From Candidatus Uhrbacteria bacterium GW2011_GWE2_46_68 (GTDB lineage Bacteria; Patescibacteriota; Patescibacteriia; UBA9934; GWF2-40-263), in contig LCMS01000003.1 of assembly GCA_001002765.1 (NCBI GenBank), positions 1 through 60,260 of the forward strand: a DNA stretch of 60,260 bases, in the 5' to 3' direction. Under the pieces are notes generated by a model. It searched no databases and was not told the origin of the DNA. It worked only from the letters and a program-made list of their open reading frames with translations. Positions within the stretch are counted from its first letter, which is position 1. Every line of letters starts with the position of its first letter. This document shows positions 48,578 through 58,400 of this stretch, in pieces. A program made the translations under genes and the position numbers.

Positions 48578-49834
48578 ATGCGTATGACTTTTTTTCGACC
48601 ATCTCCCGAATCCTCTCATCCCGAAGCTCTCCACGAAGCTGTCATGGATTCTGTTTCCAGTGTCCGCGATTCTATTCCAGAACAATACCACACACATTTT
48701 GACACTTTACGACAAGAGATTATTGATTTCACAAAAGCTCACGGGATTCCCAGAGAATCTCTTGGCAAGCCCGACCTCCTGCGCGAGGCTACAAAAAAAC
48801 TTTCTACCCCAGATCTTGAACGACTCGCTCTCCTTCTTGAACGTTTTGAATATCTTCTCAAGAATGGGGAACCAAAGAAAGAAGACCATACCGAAGCCCT
48901 TGAGTATACGGAGAAGTATTATCACCTCAAAGAGCAATACGATTCTCAAGTAGAGCTTCTTGAACAAGTAGGCATTCTCAAAGAAGGAGCCCTCTTAGGC
49001 ATAGATGGAAAAAAGTACCCCATCCCCACCTTGGAACAAATCGCTTCTCGTCTCTTTGAACGCCACGAAGAACTTTCCACTAAACACGACCAAGGCTTTA
49101 CCAAACTCCTCCTTGTTCCCTTTGGCATGAGTCTCGATGTTCTTCAAGAAGTCCTTAAACAATTTCTTCTTGATTACAAGAAAAAGAACCCTGACTTTGA
49201 TCTCGATACTGACAATCCTCTTTATACATCGGAAGAATATCAAGGAGCAGACGATGGAGATTTCCCTAAACTTGTCTATTATCCACAATCTTTTGATAAA
49301 AAGAATCATCAAGGAAAGACCAAGATACAGATACTTGAGAAACAAGAAGATAATCAAGATTTCTTCCCCGGTTGGACCATTCATCTTCTCCAACCCTCAA
49401 ACCAGGGCACCCAAGATACTAAAACTCCTCAAGGTTTTGCTTTCATTCCAAGGAAGGGTCAGGGGATATCAGAAGGAGATTTTATCCCACGTCTTCCTCT
49501 TCAGGCAGGTAAAACCGAGGAAGAATATCTTTCCATCCTTAAAGATGCAAAAGAAGATAAAGGCTCTCCCTATCACCATGAATCAAGCCTTACTCCTGAG
49601 GATTGGATCATGGCATTTATGCTTCACCTTGAGGAAACAGGAAGACCCCTTGATAATGCATACAACCACGTATTCACAGAAAGCGTCTCTTACCTTGCAG
49701 GAGCCTTTTTTCGTTCATCCATCCTTGTCCCTTACGCGTATTGGTCTCATGATTTTCGGAAGATTCTCCTCAATACACACGCTCCACACAGTCGAAATTG
49801 GAATACTGGTTTACGGTCTTCGGTGATCGTTTGA
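48578..49834 (+). CDS. Putative DGR target protein 2 (paralog of 23931..25238)
   Basis: Ends VPYAYWSHDFRKILLNTHAPHSRNWNTGLRSSVIV; shares cggtcttcggtg near the stop. Confidence 0.65.
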   Translation: MRMTFFRPSPESSHPEALHEAVMDSVSSVRDSIPEQYHTHFDTLRQEIIDFTKAHGIPRESLGKPDLLREATKKLSTPDLERLALLLERFEYLLKNGEPKKEDHTEALEYTEKYYHLKEQYDSQVELLEQVGILKEGALLGIDGKKYPIPTLEQIASRLFERHEELSTKHDQGFTKLLLVPFGMSLDVLQEVLKQFLLDYKKKNPDFDLDTDNPLYTSEEYQGADDGDFPKLVYYPQSFDKKNHQGKTKIQILEKQEDNQDFFPGWTIHLLQPSNQGTQDTKTPQGFAFIPRKGQGISEGDFIPRLPLQAGKTEEEYLSILKDAKEDKGSPYHHESSLTPEDWIMAFMLHLEETGRPLDNAYNHVFTESVSYLAGAFFRSSILVPYAYWSHDFRKILLNTHAPHSRNWNTGLRSSVIV

Positions 49835-49891
49835 TCTTTATTATCAGAAGAAGTGGTCACCCCACTTTTTTTGTTTTACAATACAGGCACT

Positions 49892-50869
49892 ATGTTGATT
49901 TGCGTGTACGGGGACGACACATTTCGCGCACGAGAAAAAGTAAAACAGATGCAAGACGCTTTTCGCGAAAAGTTTGATCCGTCCGGTTTTAATACCACAT
50001 TTTTTCCTGAAGAAGGAAAAACAACGATTGAAATGGGGGCTGCATTGCAAGCAATGTGCAGCGCTCCTTTTTTATCTCCAAAACGTTTGGTTATTTTGAA
50101 AGATTTGCTTTCCTCTTGGAAAAAATCCGATGTGATCGCGTGGAAGGAAGGTGTTTCTCATGTGCCGGATTCGAGCATCGTGATTTTTTGGGAAACGGCT
50201 GAGCCTTCGGTAATTGAAAAGAATATTCTTTTTCAAGATTTGCAAAAACAGGGACAAGTGCATGCCTATCCTTTCCCGATGTTGAAAGATGTTCAGTTGG
50301 AGCGATGGGTGCAAGAGCGAGTGAAAAAGCTTGGGGGTGTGATGGAAAGTCGTGCGCGAAAATTGCTTGTGGAATATTCCGGAGCTGATTTGTGGAGGTT
50401 GCAGACTGAGCTTGAAAAATTAGTGGCCTATGCGCAGGGCCAGGAAATCACGGAAGAAATGGTGAGAACCCTTGTCTCCGCTTCTTTTGAAGAGCACATT
50501 TTTGCGTTTATAGATGCGGTAAGTCAAAAAGATGGAAAGCGTATTTTGAAACTTTTGCAAGAAGAGCGATGGGCCGGAACCAACGATCATTATGTATTGT
50601 CCATGTTGGCGCGACAGATACGATTATTGCTTGGAGCCAGAGCATTGTTTGAAAAACATCAGGGGAAAATTTCCAAAGATCAGTTAAAAGATGCGCTTGG
50701 AGTTCATCCTTTTGTCGCTCAAAAATTGTTGGGGCAAATCAAAGGATTTTCTCTTCCCGTTTTAAAAGAAGCTCATAGAGCCTTGTATTGTTACGACAGC
50801 TTTATCAAACAAGGAAGAATAGATTCGACATTGGCCGTGGATTTATTTCTCGTCCAATTGTTCAAATAA
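49892..50869 (+). CDS. holA: DNA polymerase III delta subunit
   Basis: VYGDDTF, PFLSPKRLV, ELEKL.AY and GVHPFVAQK; start moved to MLIC. Confidence 0.88.
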   Translation: MLICVYGDDTFRAREKVKQMQDAFREKFDPSGFNTTFFPEEGKTTIEMGAALQAMCSAPFLSPKRLVILKDLLSSWKKSDVIAWKEGVSHVPDSSIVIFWETAEPSVIEKNILFQDLQKQGQVHAYPFPMLKDVQLERWVQERVKKLGGVMESRARKLLVEYSGADLWRLQTELEKLVAYAQGQEITEEMVRTLVSASFEEHIFAFIDAVSQKDGKRILKLLQEERWAGTNDHYVLSMLARQIRLLLGARALFEKHQGKISKDQLKDALGVHPFVAQKLLGQIKGFSLPVLKEAHRALYCYDSFIKQGRIDSTLAVDLFLVQLFK

Positions 50870-50896
50870 AAAATCCGGGGAAACCCGGAATTTTTT
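50868..50896. terminator. Bidirectional terminator (holA/rpsT)
   Basis: aaaaaatccgg-ggaaac-ccggaatttttt. Confidence 0.7.
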
Positions 50897-51167
50897 ATAC
50901 TGCTTTTTTTGCAGCGTTGATTTTTTGCATGAAGCGGGACTTAAGACGCGCGGCTGTATTTTGTTTGTAGATTTTTTTTGACACCGCTTTGTCGAGCTTT
51001 TTGACGATGGTGGATGAAAGCTTTTCCGCCTCTTCCGCCTTTTTTGAGTCGAGGAGTTTGCGTAATTTTACTCGGAGGGAGTGGATTTCAGCTTTGACAA
51101 TGGTATTGCGTTGGGCACGTTTAATGGTTTGACGCAGAGCTTTCTTGGCGTTTGCCTTGATCGGCAT
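50895..51167 (-). CDS. rpsT: 30S ribosomal protein S20
   Basis: NAKKALRQ...RN...LDKAVSK...NTAARLKS. Confidence 0.95.
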   Translation of the reverse strand: MPIKANAKKALRQTIKRAQRNTIVKAEIHSLRVKLRKLLDSKKAEEAEKLSSTIVKKLDKAVSKKIYKQNTAARLKSRFMQKINAAKKAV

Positions 51168-51230
51168 AGGAAATATGTGAGCGTGAGAATTAATTAGCGT
51201 GAGTTTATTGTAGGGATTTTCTCTATTTCG

Positions 51231-52361
51231 TCAAGCTTCGTCATCCGGAGAGCTAATAAGAATTTCTTGAGGTTGCAGCTGATTACCTGCCGCTCCTTCG
51301 GTAATACGAAAGATGTCTTTGTCTATTTTTTTAAGTTCTCCAGAGGAAGCAGTATAGGCTCTCATAGATGTTTCAAGATGTTTCCCTATTTTATTGTGAT
51401 GTTCCTCATAAGTAGCCAAATGTTTCATGAGATGTTCGGTTTGTTTTTGAATTTCTTTCACAGATTCCTCGATTTGGAGGGCACGCAGTCCCAAAAGGAC
51501 GGTTTGGAGATAGGCAAAAAAGGATGTGGGAGAGACGATCATCACTTTTTTTTCAAATGCGTATTCGATGAGATTTTTTGTATTGATGTTTGCAGCCCCC
51601 ACATTTGCCGTAATGAGATTATGGAAAACACCTTCCGCCGGGACAAACATGAAGGCAAAGTTTGTGGTGCCTTTTGTAGGTTGAATATAACGTGAGGTTT
51701 CGTCAATACGTTTTTTTATGTCTGCCTTGAAATCTCGCTCAAAACGTTCTTTTTGTGAGTCATCGTTTTCTTTGACAAGACGGTTGTAGTTTTCCAAAGA
51801 AAATTTTGCATCAATGGGGATAATGAAATCTTTTACAAAAATAACCGCATCAGGAATAAGTTTTTGGCCTGAATCCTCATCTATTCCAAGGTCAAATTGC
51901 ATTCGGTATTGCCCGGGAGAAAGAACTTGTCCTAAAAGAGTTTCGAGCCAATATTCCCCTAGGATTCCTCGATGTTTTGGATTCTTGAGGATATCTTCAA
52001 GAGATTTCATTTGTTCGGAAAAGGAAAGAACCTGTTTGTTTGTTTCATCCAAGGTAGTTAATTTTTCCGTAACATTTTTAATGATTTGATTTGTTTGGGA
52101 AAAATGACTTTGGAGCATGTTAGAACTGGAAGAAATATTTTGAACAAGCTTGTCGTGAATGCCTTCAAGTCGATCTTGCATTTCTTTTCGTTGAAGATTC
52201 GTAGTTTGTTGAAGTTCTTTACGAAGATCATTAAATAATTGATAAAAAGAATCTTCAGAATTGATATTTTTATTTGGACGAGACTTAAAGAGGAGAAAGA
52301 GAAGTAAAAGAAAAGTTAAAATACTGGTACTGATAACAAAAAAGATAAGAAAGTTGGACAT
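51231..52361 (-). CDS. rmuC: DNA recombination protein RmuC
   Basis: RGILGEYWLE, PIDAKFSLE and FMFVPAEG. Confidence 0.92.
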   Translation of the reverse strand: MSNFLIFFVISTSILTFLLLLFLLFKSRPNKNINSEDSFYQLFNDLRKELQQTTNLQRKEMQDRLEGIHDKLVQNISSSSNMLQSHFSQTNQIIKNVTEKLTTLDETNKQVLSFSEQMKSLEDILKNPKHRGILGEYWLETLLGQVLSPGQYRMQFDLGIDEDSGQKLIPDAVIFVKDFIIPIDAKFSLENYNRLVKENDDSQKERFERDFKADIKKRIDETSRYIQPTKGTTNFAFMFVPAEGVFHNLITANVGAANINTKNLIEYAFEKKVMIVSPTSFFAYLQTVLLGLRALQIEESVKEIQKQTEHLMKHLATYEEHHNKIGKHLETSMRAYTASSGELKKIDKDIFRITEGAAGNQLQPQEILISSPDDEA

Positions 52362-52368
52362 AAAATCG

Positions 52369-52397
52369 TTGACTCAAAGATAAGCGTCACGTATCAT
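52369..52397 (+). promoter_or_regulatory. Probable sigma-70 promoter of the tRNA pair
   Basis: TTGACT-N17-TATCAT. Confidence 0.5.
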
Positions 52398-52476
52398 AAT
52401 TTTCGCAAAGTTTATTATAATCTGAACAGATCGAAAGAACAAAGATAGTTATTTTACGACACATATCCTCAAGCTT

Positions 52477-52552
52477 GTCCCTGTAGCTCAAAAGGATAGA
52501 GCAGGTCTCTCCTAAGGACCTGATGGGGGTTCAATTCCCTCCAGGGACACCA
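52477..52552 (+). tRNA. tRNA-Arg(CCT)
   Basis: GTCCCTG/CAGGGAC acceptor stem, loop CTCCTAA, CCA. Confidence 0.95.
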
Positions 52553-52622
52553 GGATGTTCCACATGGAATTGAACAGTATTTTTTAAAAAACAGATCCCC
52601 TCTTAGATGATTGTAGTTTTAC

Positions 52623-52698
52623 GGGCCTGTAGCTCAGCTGGTAGAGCGCTGCATTCGCATTGCAGAGGTCAGGAGTTCGATTCTCCTCAGGTCCACCA
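52623..52698 (+). tRNA. tRNA-Ala(CGC)
   Basis: Acceptor stem with G3-U70, loop TTCGCAT, CCA. Confidence 0.96.
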
Positions 52699-52704
52699 CC
52701 CTTT

Positions 52705-52811
52705 GCTCCTTCGGAGCTTCTGGCGGTAGTCTAGACTTCGTTAAGACTTCGGCTTTGCACAGTTAGCCTTCCTCGAAAGATCCTGAAATAATTGATTTGA
52801 GTCTAGCTGCC
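52705..52811 (+). repeat. tRNA-3'-adjacent miniature hairpin element, copy 2
   Basis: gctccttcggagcttc identical to 37970-37985; ggcgg..ctagactt pairs with gagtctagctgcc. Confidence 0.5.
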
Positions 52812-53075
52812 ATTTCCTAAATTTTTACCAAAAGAAGATTAGTTCAGTGATATAAAACAAATCGCAAAAACGCGACTTGTTTTGTTTTTAGTCTGTTTAG
52901 GGATTTTTCAAAGGCGGTTCCCAAAAGCTTTATTTAAAATGAGTTAATTAAACTTCCGTGTTGGTAGAAACGTTGTTTCTCTTCTAGTTTTAGCGACGTT
53001 CTGGAAAATTTATGGGTCCATGACCATAAGTGGACCAAAAAAGAGGTGTTTGAGGTACCGTAAAATCATGCAACG

Positions 53076-53309
53076 ATGGGGAGAAACATCGATCGGTCGC
53101 TTTTGAAGAATGCTCTCCCTGACTTATTTCGCTTTGTGACAGACCCATCCATACCAAAAACCTCCAACCATGTGGAAGGAGGTTTGAATGCTCGACTGAA
53201 GGAACTGTTCCGCTGTCATCGAGGCTTTTCGCTTCAGAGAAAACTCATTCTGGCGGCCTGGTATCTCGCTCTTAGGCAGGGGCAAAAACCAACACAAAAG
53301 TTGTATTAG
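53076..53309 (+). pseudogene. Transposase C-terminal remnant (IS256-like, tentative)
   Basis: LPDLFRF..DPSIPKTSNHVEGGLNARLK..HRG resembles transposase C-termini; no intact upstream frame. Confidence 0.55.
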
Positions 53310-53602
53310 CTCTTTAAAATACATGTGACAGAATCTTCATGTTACACAGATGGTTACAGAATAATTTCTTTCCATATTTTTTCTCAATTTTGATAAACAT
53401 GGGGTAGTCAATTGTATTGGGCGCAGAATTTTTTTGAGAAGCGGCATTATTTTCCATATGGAACGAACTATTTGTCTACAACAGTATAGACAAACATGTT
53501 AGCTGTGGAAAACTTTTTGATGGAAATTGCGTTTTCAAAGCAAAAACGCAATTTTTATAAAAATTCACTGTATTTTTTAGCTAAAGTTAGCAATAAAATG
53601 GA

Positions 53603-54553
53603 TTGACTACATTTTGTATTCATGATATTATGGTTCTGAAGGTAACACCTATGAACAACTATATTGTTCTAGCGGTGTTTGTGGGGGTTTTTATATATCT
53701 GCAGTCCGTTTCAGCTCAGATGACCTCTACGAACTATCAGATTTTGTGGGACTCGGTAAATTCCGGGGGTCTTGATATTAGTTCTTCTACAAACTACCAA
53801 CTTCGCGACACGATTGGTCAAGGCACACAAGGACGTTCCCTATCCACTACCTATATCCAAGACGCTGGTTATCGATCAGGAATTTATGATCAAGTTCTTT
53901 CTCTCAATATTTTAGGTCAAAATGACGCTTCTTCCCGCGCGGCATCATCGCTTTCAAGCCTGACCATCACGATTGACCCCACAGGCTTATCTGTGGGTGA
54001 TTACATCGTTCTTATACAAGATCGTGGCGTAAGCCAGGTAAGCGGAATTGGGAAAATAGTATCTTTAAGTGGTTCGACCGTTACACTCGATCGGCTAAGC
54101 ACAAACGGCACAACACCTGTGATTGATGGTACTAATGATTATGTCTACGAATTGACAGGTACATCGATATCCCTTGGCACGATCACAACATCCGCTGTCC
54201 AAACCAGTCTTATCGGTTTTGATACGACAGCTGATCTTTCTGGTGGTTATACGTTACAGATTAAAGAAGATGGGGAGTTGCGATCTGGCTCTTATACGAT
54301 TGATGATGTAAGCGATGGGACAGTTTCTGCAGCAAGTGAAGAATATGGCGCGCGCTCATCTGATACATCGCTTTCCACAACATTTGACACACAAGACACA
54401 GCCATTACTTCAGCCTTTCAAGAAATTGTTTCCTCTTCCATTCAAAAATTTGATGATCGTCATTTTTTGACTCTCAAAGCAAGTGCAGGAAGCTCGTCGT
54501 ACAGTGGTTCCTATTCTCAAACACTTTCTGTTATTTTGTCCGGTAATTTTTAA
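53603..54553 (+). CDS. Secreted Ser/Thr-rich protein, WxL-like C-terminus
   Basis: Signal peptide; ends GSYSQTLSVILSGNF; start uncertain. Confidence 0.7.
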   Translation: MTTFCIHDIMVLKVTPMNNYIVLAVFVGVFIYLQSVSAQMTSTNYQILWDSVNSGGLDISSSTNYQLRDTIGQGTQGRSLSTTYIQDAGYRSGIYDQVLSLNILGQNDASSRAASSLSSLTITIDPTGLSVGDYIVLIQDRGVSQVSGIGKIVSLSGSTVTLDRLSTNGTTPVIDGTNDYVYELTGTSISLGTITTSAVQTSLIGFDTTADLSGGYTLQIKEDGELRSGSYTIDDVSDGTVSAASEEYGARSSDTSLSTTFDTQDTAITSAFQEIVSSSIQKFDDRHFLTLKASAGSSSYSGSYSQTLSVILSGNF

Positions 54554-54554
54554 T

Positions 54555-55472
54555 ATGTCGCTTAGGAGGATTTTTCTTTTTTTGCTCGTGAGTCTCGCTG
54601 TGCTTGTTCCCACACGATCGTTTGCTTTTAGTGTTACCCCGTCCATTATTGATTCATCCGCTCTTCGAGGAGAAACAGGTAGGGGAGAATTCACTCTTAT
54701 AAATACAGCATCGGAAGAAAAAATATTTTATTTTGATACACTTAACTTTACTTCTTCAGAAACAGGATCTCCTGTTTTTTCCACTGATTCCTCAAAAGGG
54801 AATCTTGCTACATGGATGAGTCTTCCATCTTCTCTTTCTGTCGCGGCAAATTCTCAGAGTCAAATTTCTTTTTCCATAGTTATTCCCGATGACATTCCAT
54901 CAGGATCTTATCAATCAGCCATCACCATTTCCGAATATCCTTCCGAAGTTGTGTCAGTAAATGGAGCCACGGTCGAAGCCATCGTCGCTCTTCTCGTTTT
55001 TTTAACCGTGGAGGGAGAAACCACAGCACAAATAGGGCTTCTTGATGTTTTCGCAGATTTTGCCGATCGTTTCGTTTCTCTTCCTACTGGCACAATATCG
55101 TATCGTCTCCAAAATCAGGGAAATATTTTTTTGATTCCCACCGGTGCTCTGATCATTCAAGATTTTTTTGGCAGAATCCTTTATCAACAAACGCTTAATG
55201 AGAAAGGAAGCAGAATTCTTCCGGCAACCACACGCACTTTTACAGAGAGTGTTTTAGCACCTCAATCCTGGAAAGAATTTTTGATGATGCAAACACGTTT
55301 TTGGTCTGTGGGACCCATGACGGCTGAAGTTACACTTGTGGCAGAAGGACAAACGGTTTCAACCACTTTTTTATTTTGGTATTTTCCTTGGCAACTGGGA
55401 ACTGTCGTTTTGAGTAGTTTGTTGGTGATTTGGTTGATAGGGCACTTCCTTCTTTCAAAAAAGAAATCATGA
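54555..55472 (+). CDS. DUF916/WxLIP-like membrane-anchored surface protein
   Basis: FSVTPSII, IVIPDDIPSGSY, NQGNIFLIPTG and WYFPW plus C-terminal TM; start moved to MSLRR. Confidence 0.7.
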   Translation: MSLRRIFLFLLVSLAVLVPTRSFAFSVTPSIIDSSALRGETGRGEFTLINTASEEKIFYFDTLNFTSSETGSPVFSTDSSKGNLATWMSLPSSLSVAANSQSQISFSIVIPDDIPSGSYQSAITISEYPSEVVSVNGATVEAIVALLVFLTVEGETTAQIGLLDVFADFADRFVSLPTGTISYRLQNQGNIFLIPTGALIIQDFFGRILYQQTLNEKGSRILPATTRTFTESVLAPQSWKEFLMMQTRFWSVGPMTAEVTLVAEGQTVSTTFLFWYFPWQLGTVVLSSLLVIWLIGHFLLSKKKS

Positions 55473-58400
55473 ATTTTTGTGATGTGTTTCCACGATTTTT
55501 GCAACACGCCCTGATTTTTCTCGCCGCCACTCTTGTAAGTCTGGGGGGTTGTTCAGTTGCTTACGCCGCTACCATCACCACAGCTCATGATATTCCGAGT
55601 TCCTTACAATTATCGCAATCTGTCGATCATGCCGTAACATTCACGACTCCCACAGGAGTCGCCGAAGGACAAACCATTATTTTTACTTTTTCTTCTGCGT
55701 TTGGAACAGGAGCGGTCGTTGAAAACGATATGGATATTTCTGATGATGGAGTTGATCTCACCACAGCTTCTGATTGTACGGGGAGCGAACAGGTTTCGGC
55801 TGTTATGGCAGCCGATATCCTCACCATGACCGTTTGTGCAGGGGATGGAGGATCCATCGCCGCCGGAAGCATCATCGTTGTAGAGATCGGTACCAATGCA
55901 ACCGCCTCGGGCACAGGATCCAATCAAATCACCAATCCTTCAACGGGCGGAACCTATTTTCTTGCGGTATCAGGAACATTCGGTGATCGAGGCACCATTC
56001 TTTACCCCATTTCTAGTAGCACCGATCAGGTGACCGTATCTGCCACAGTTTCCGTCACAGGTGGAGATGGCGGAGGAGGCTCCACCCCGACCGCGGACAC
56101 AACCGCACCCAGTATTTCCAGTATCACAGTTTCCGGTCTTACCGCATCTCAAGCCACTATTTCTTGGACAACCTCGGAAATGGCCACAAGCGCGGTGGAT
56201 TATGGAACAACAGCATCCTTTGGTTACACCTCTTCAAGTCCCTACACCTATGTCACTTCCCACAGCATAACTCTCACCGGACTTTCCGAAGGGCAGACCT
56301 ATTATTTCCGTGTTCGTTCTTCCGACACCTACAGCAATCAAGCGACCTCATCCACTCAAACGTTCACAACTCTCGATACCACTGCACCCGCGATCACAAT
56401 GATCGAGGTTGTAGACATCACGACAAGTTCGGCGCGTGCGACCTGGACGACAAATGAGTCAGCAACCAGTGTGATCGAATACGGGACAACGACAAGTTAC
56501 GGTTCCACATCATCTGACCTTTCTTTTGTCACATCACATTCAATACTTCTTACAGGTTTAACTGATGGAACGACCTATCACTTTTTTGTGCAGTCATCAG
56601 ACGCGTCAGGGAACAGCACCACATCAAGCGATCAAACATTTACAACAGACGCAGACGACGTTCCTGCCAATGTCTCTAGCTTGACCGTTACCGAAGAGGA
56701 TACACAACTCACACTCTCCTGGATCAATCCTTCCGATACTGATTTGACAGGCATTCGCGGACTTATTTGTACGGACGGGTACCCGACTTCCCCAAGTGAT
56801 ACGGATTGCACGGTCATATTTGATGGTCTTTTGACCTCGTTTATCGCCACCGGACTCATGAATGACACGACTTATTATTTTGGAGTGTTTGCTTATGATG
56901 CGGCTTTACAATTTGCTTCTGGGGCCCTTGCATCGGGTATGCCAAGAGCTTCAGAAGAAGAATTGCCAAGCGATGAGGAGACTCCTGACGAAGAAGATCC
57001 GGGGGATGATGATATCCCCGGTGATGAAGACGTCCCCGGAGATGATGACACTCCCGGCGATGAGGAGACTCCTATCGAAGAAGGCGAAGAAGATGAGGGA
57101 CAACCTCCTTCTGATACCACAGGGGAAACCAAAACCTGCGGTGATGGTGTGTGTGCCGGCGAAGAGACGCTGGCAATTTGCCCTGATGATTGTGGGGAAG
57201 ACGTTCCACCACAAGAAGGGGAGACTATTGAGCCGTCCGAAGAAGGAGGGAACATGCAGTTCCTTGTCGCAGAAGATTCCCTGTCACTTTTCACAACGGA
57301 CTCCGGTGTTGTGAAAATACTGCCAGAGACTCTTGTGCACCTTGTTTTTGAATCCGTTCAACCAGAGGAGGGGATTTCCATTCTCATTACTTTGGATGAT
57401 CAAACCTATCTTTTGACCCCCACCGTGTCAAAAGAAGGAAACGTTTTTTTTGAAGCGGAGATCCTATCTCCTCTAACCCCTGGTTTGTTCCCTCTGATTC
57501 TTACGACCATCCTTCAAGGCGGAACAATCACCACACAAATATTCACCATTGAGATCGAAGGCTACGGGTATGCCTTCGAAATCAAGGGGGAAGAACAAGT
57601 GATAATCGGGGATACGGTTTTCACCCTCTACGCTGAGGATGGAACCGTTTGGGACAGCTCTCCTTTTTTTCAGTGGAATCCGTTTTCCTCAGATACTTCT
57701 GGGCAGTATGCCTGGTATGTACCTAATGGATCCTATGTGGTGCGTGCGCAACATGAAGGATATCAGATGGCTCAAAGTGCATGGGTGACGGTTGCCGATC
57801 ATGTGTTTGCCGTTTCCATTGAGATGTCTCCTCTGGTGGTTCAGCCTTTTTTTGAAGGTCAAACCATTTTTTCAGGAGGCGCTTCGTTTTTATCTGATGT
57901 TGTCCCACAGATCGAACAAACTCAACAAGCAATCCAAGACCTTCCTGGAGTTGAGACTGCTATCGATATTTCGGTTCCGGTTTTGGTTATAAACGCCGGA
58001 GCAGGCGTTCTTCTCATGGGGTCGGCGTTTAATCTTCTGCCGTTCCTTCAATATCTTTTCACTTCTCCTTTATTGTTGTTTTGGAGGAAAAAGCGACAAA
58101 AGTATGGGGTGGTGTATCACGCATATCGCAAGACCCCCGTGGATTTGGCCACCGTGCGTCTCTATCGCCTTACTGGAAAAACAACCGAGGGAACATTCTT
58201 AGGAAAGTTGGTGAAGAGTTGTGTAACAAATAAAGAAGGAAAATACGCCTTCTTTGCTCCCCCTGGAAAATATTACCTGACGATTTCCAAATCAGGATAC
58301 ACGTTTCCTTCCAACTATTTGGTGCAAGAGAAAACCGATGGAAATTTTCTCGATGTTTATCATGGGGAAGAAGTGGAGGTGACAAGTGACAGCGCTCTTT

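Noticed and set aside
37889-52552. Shared tgggggttcaattccctcc in two tRNA-Arg genes as att sites
   Set aside because: Both are complete tRNAs with different anticodons, so this is ordinary paralogy.
56960-57110. CRISPR-like periodic repeats
   Set aside because: This is an in-frame PGD acidic peptide repeat with no unique spacers or cas genes.
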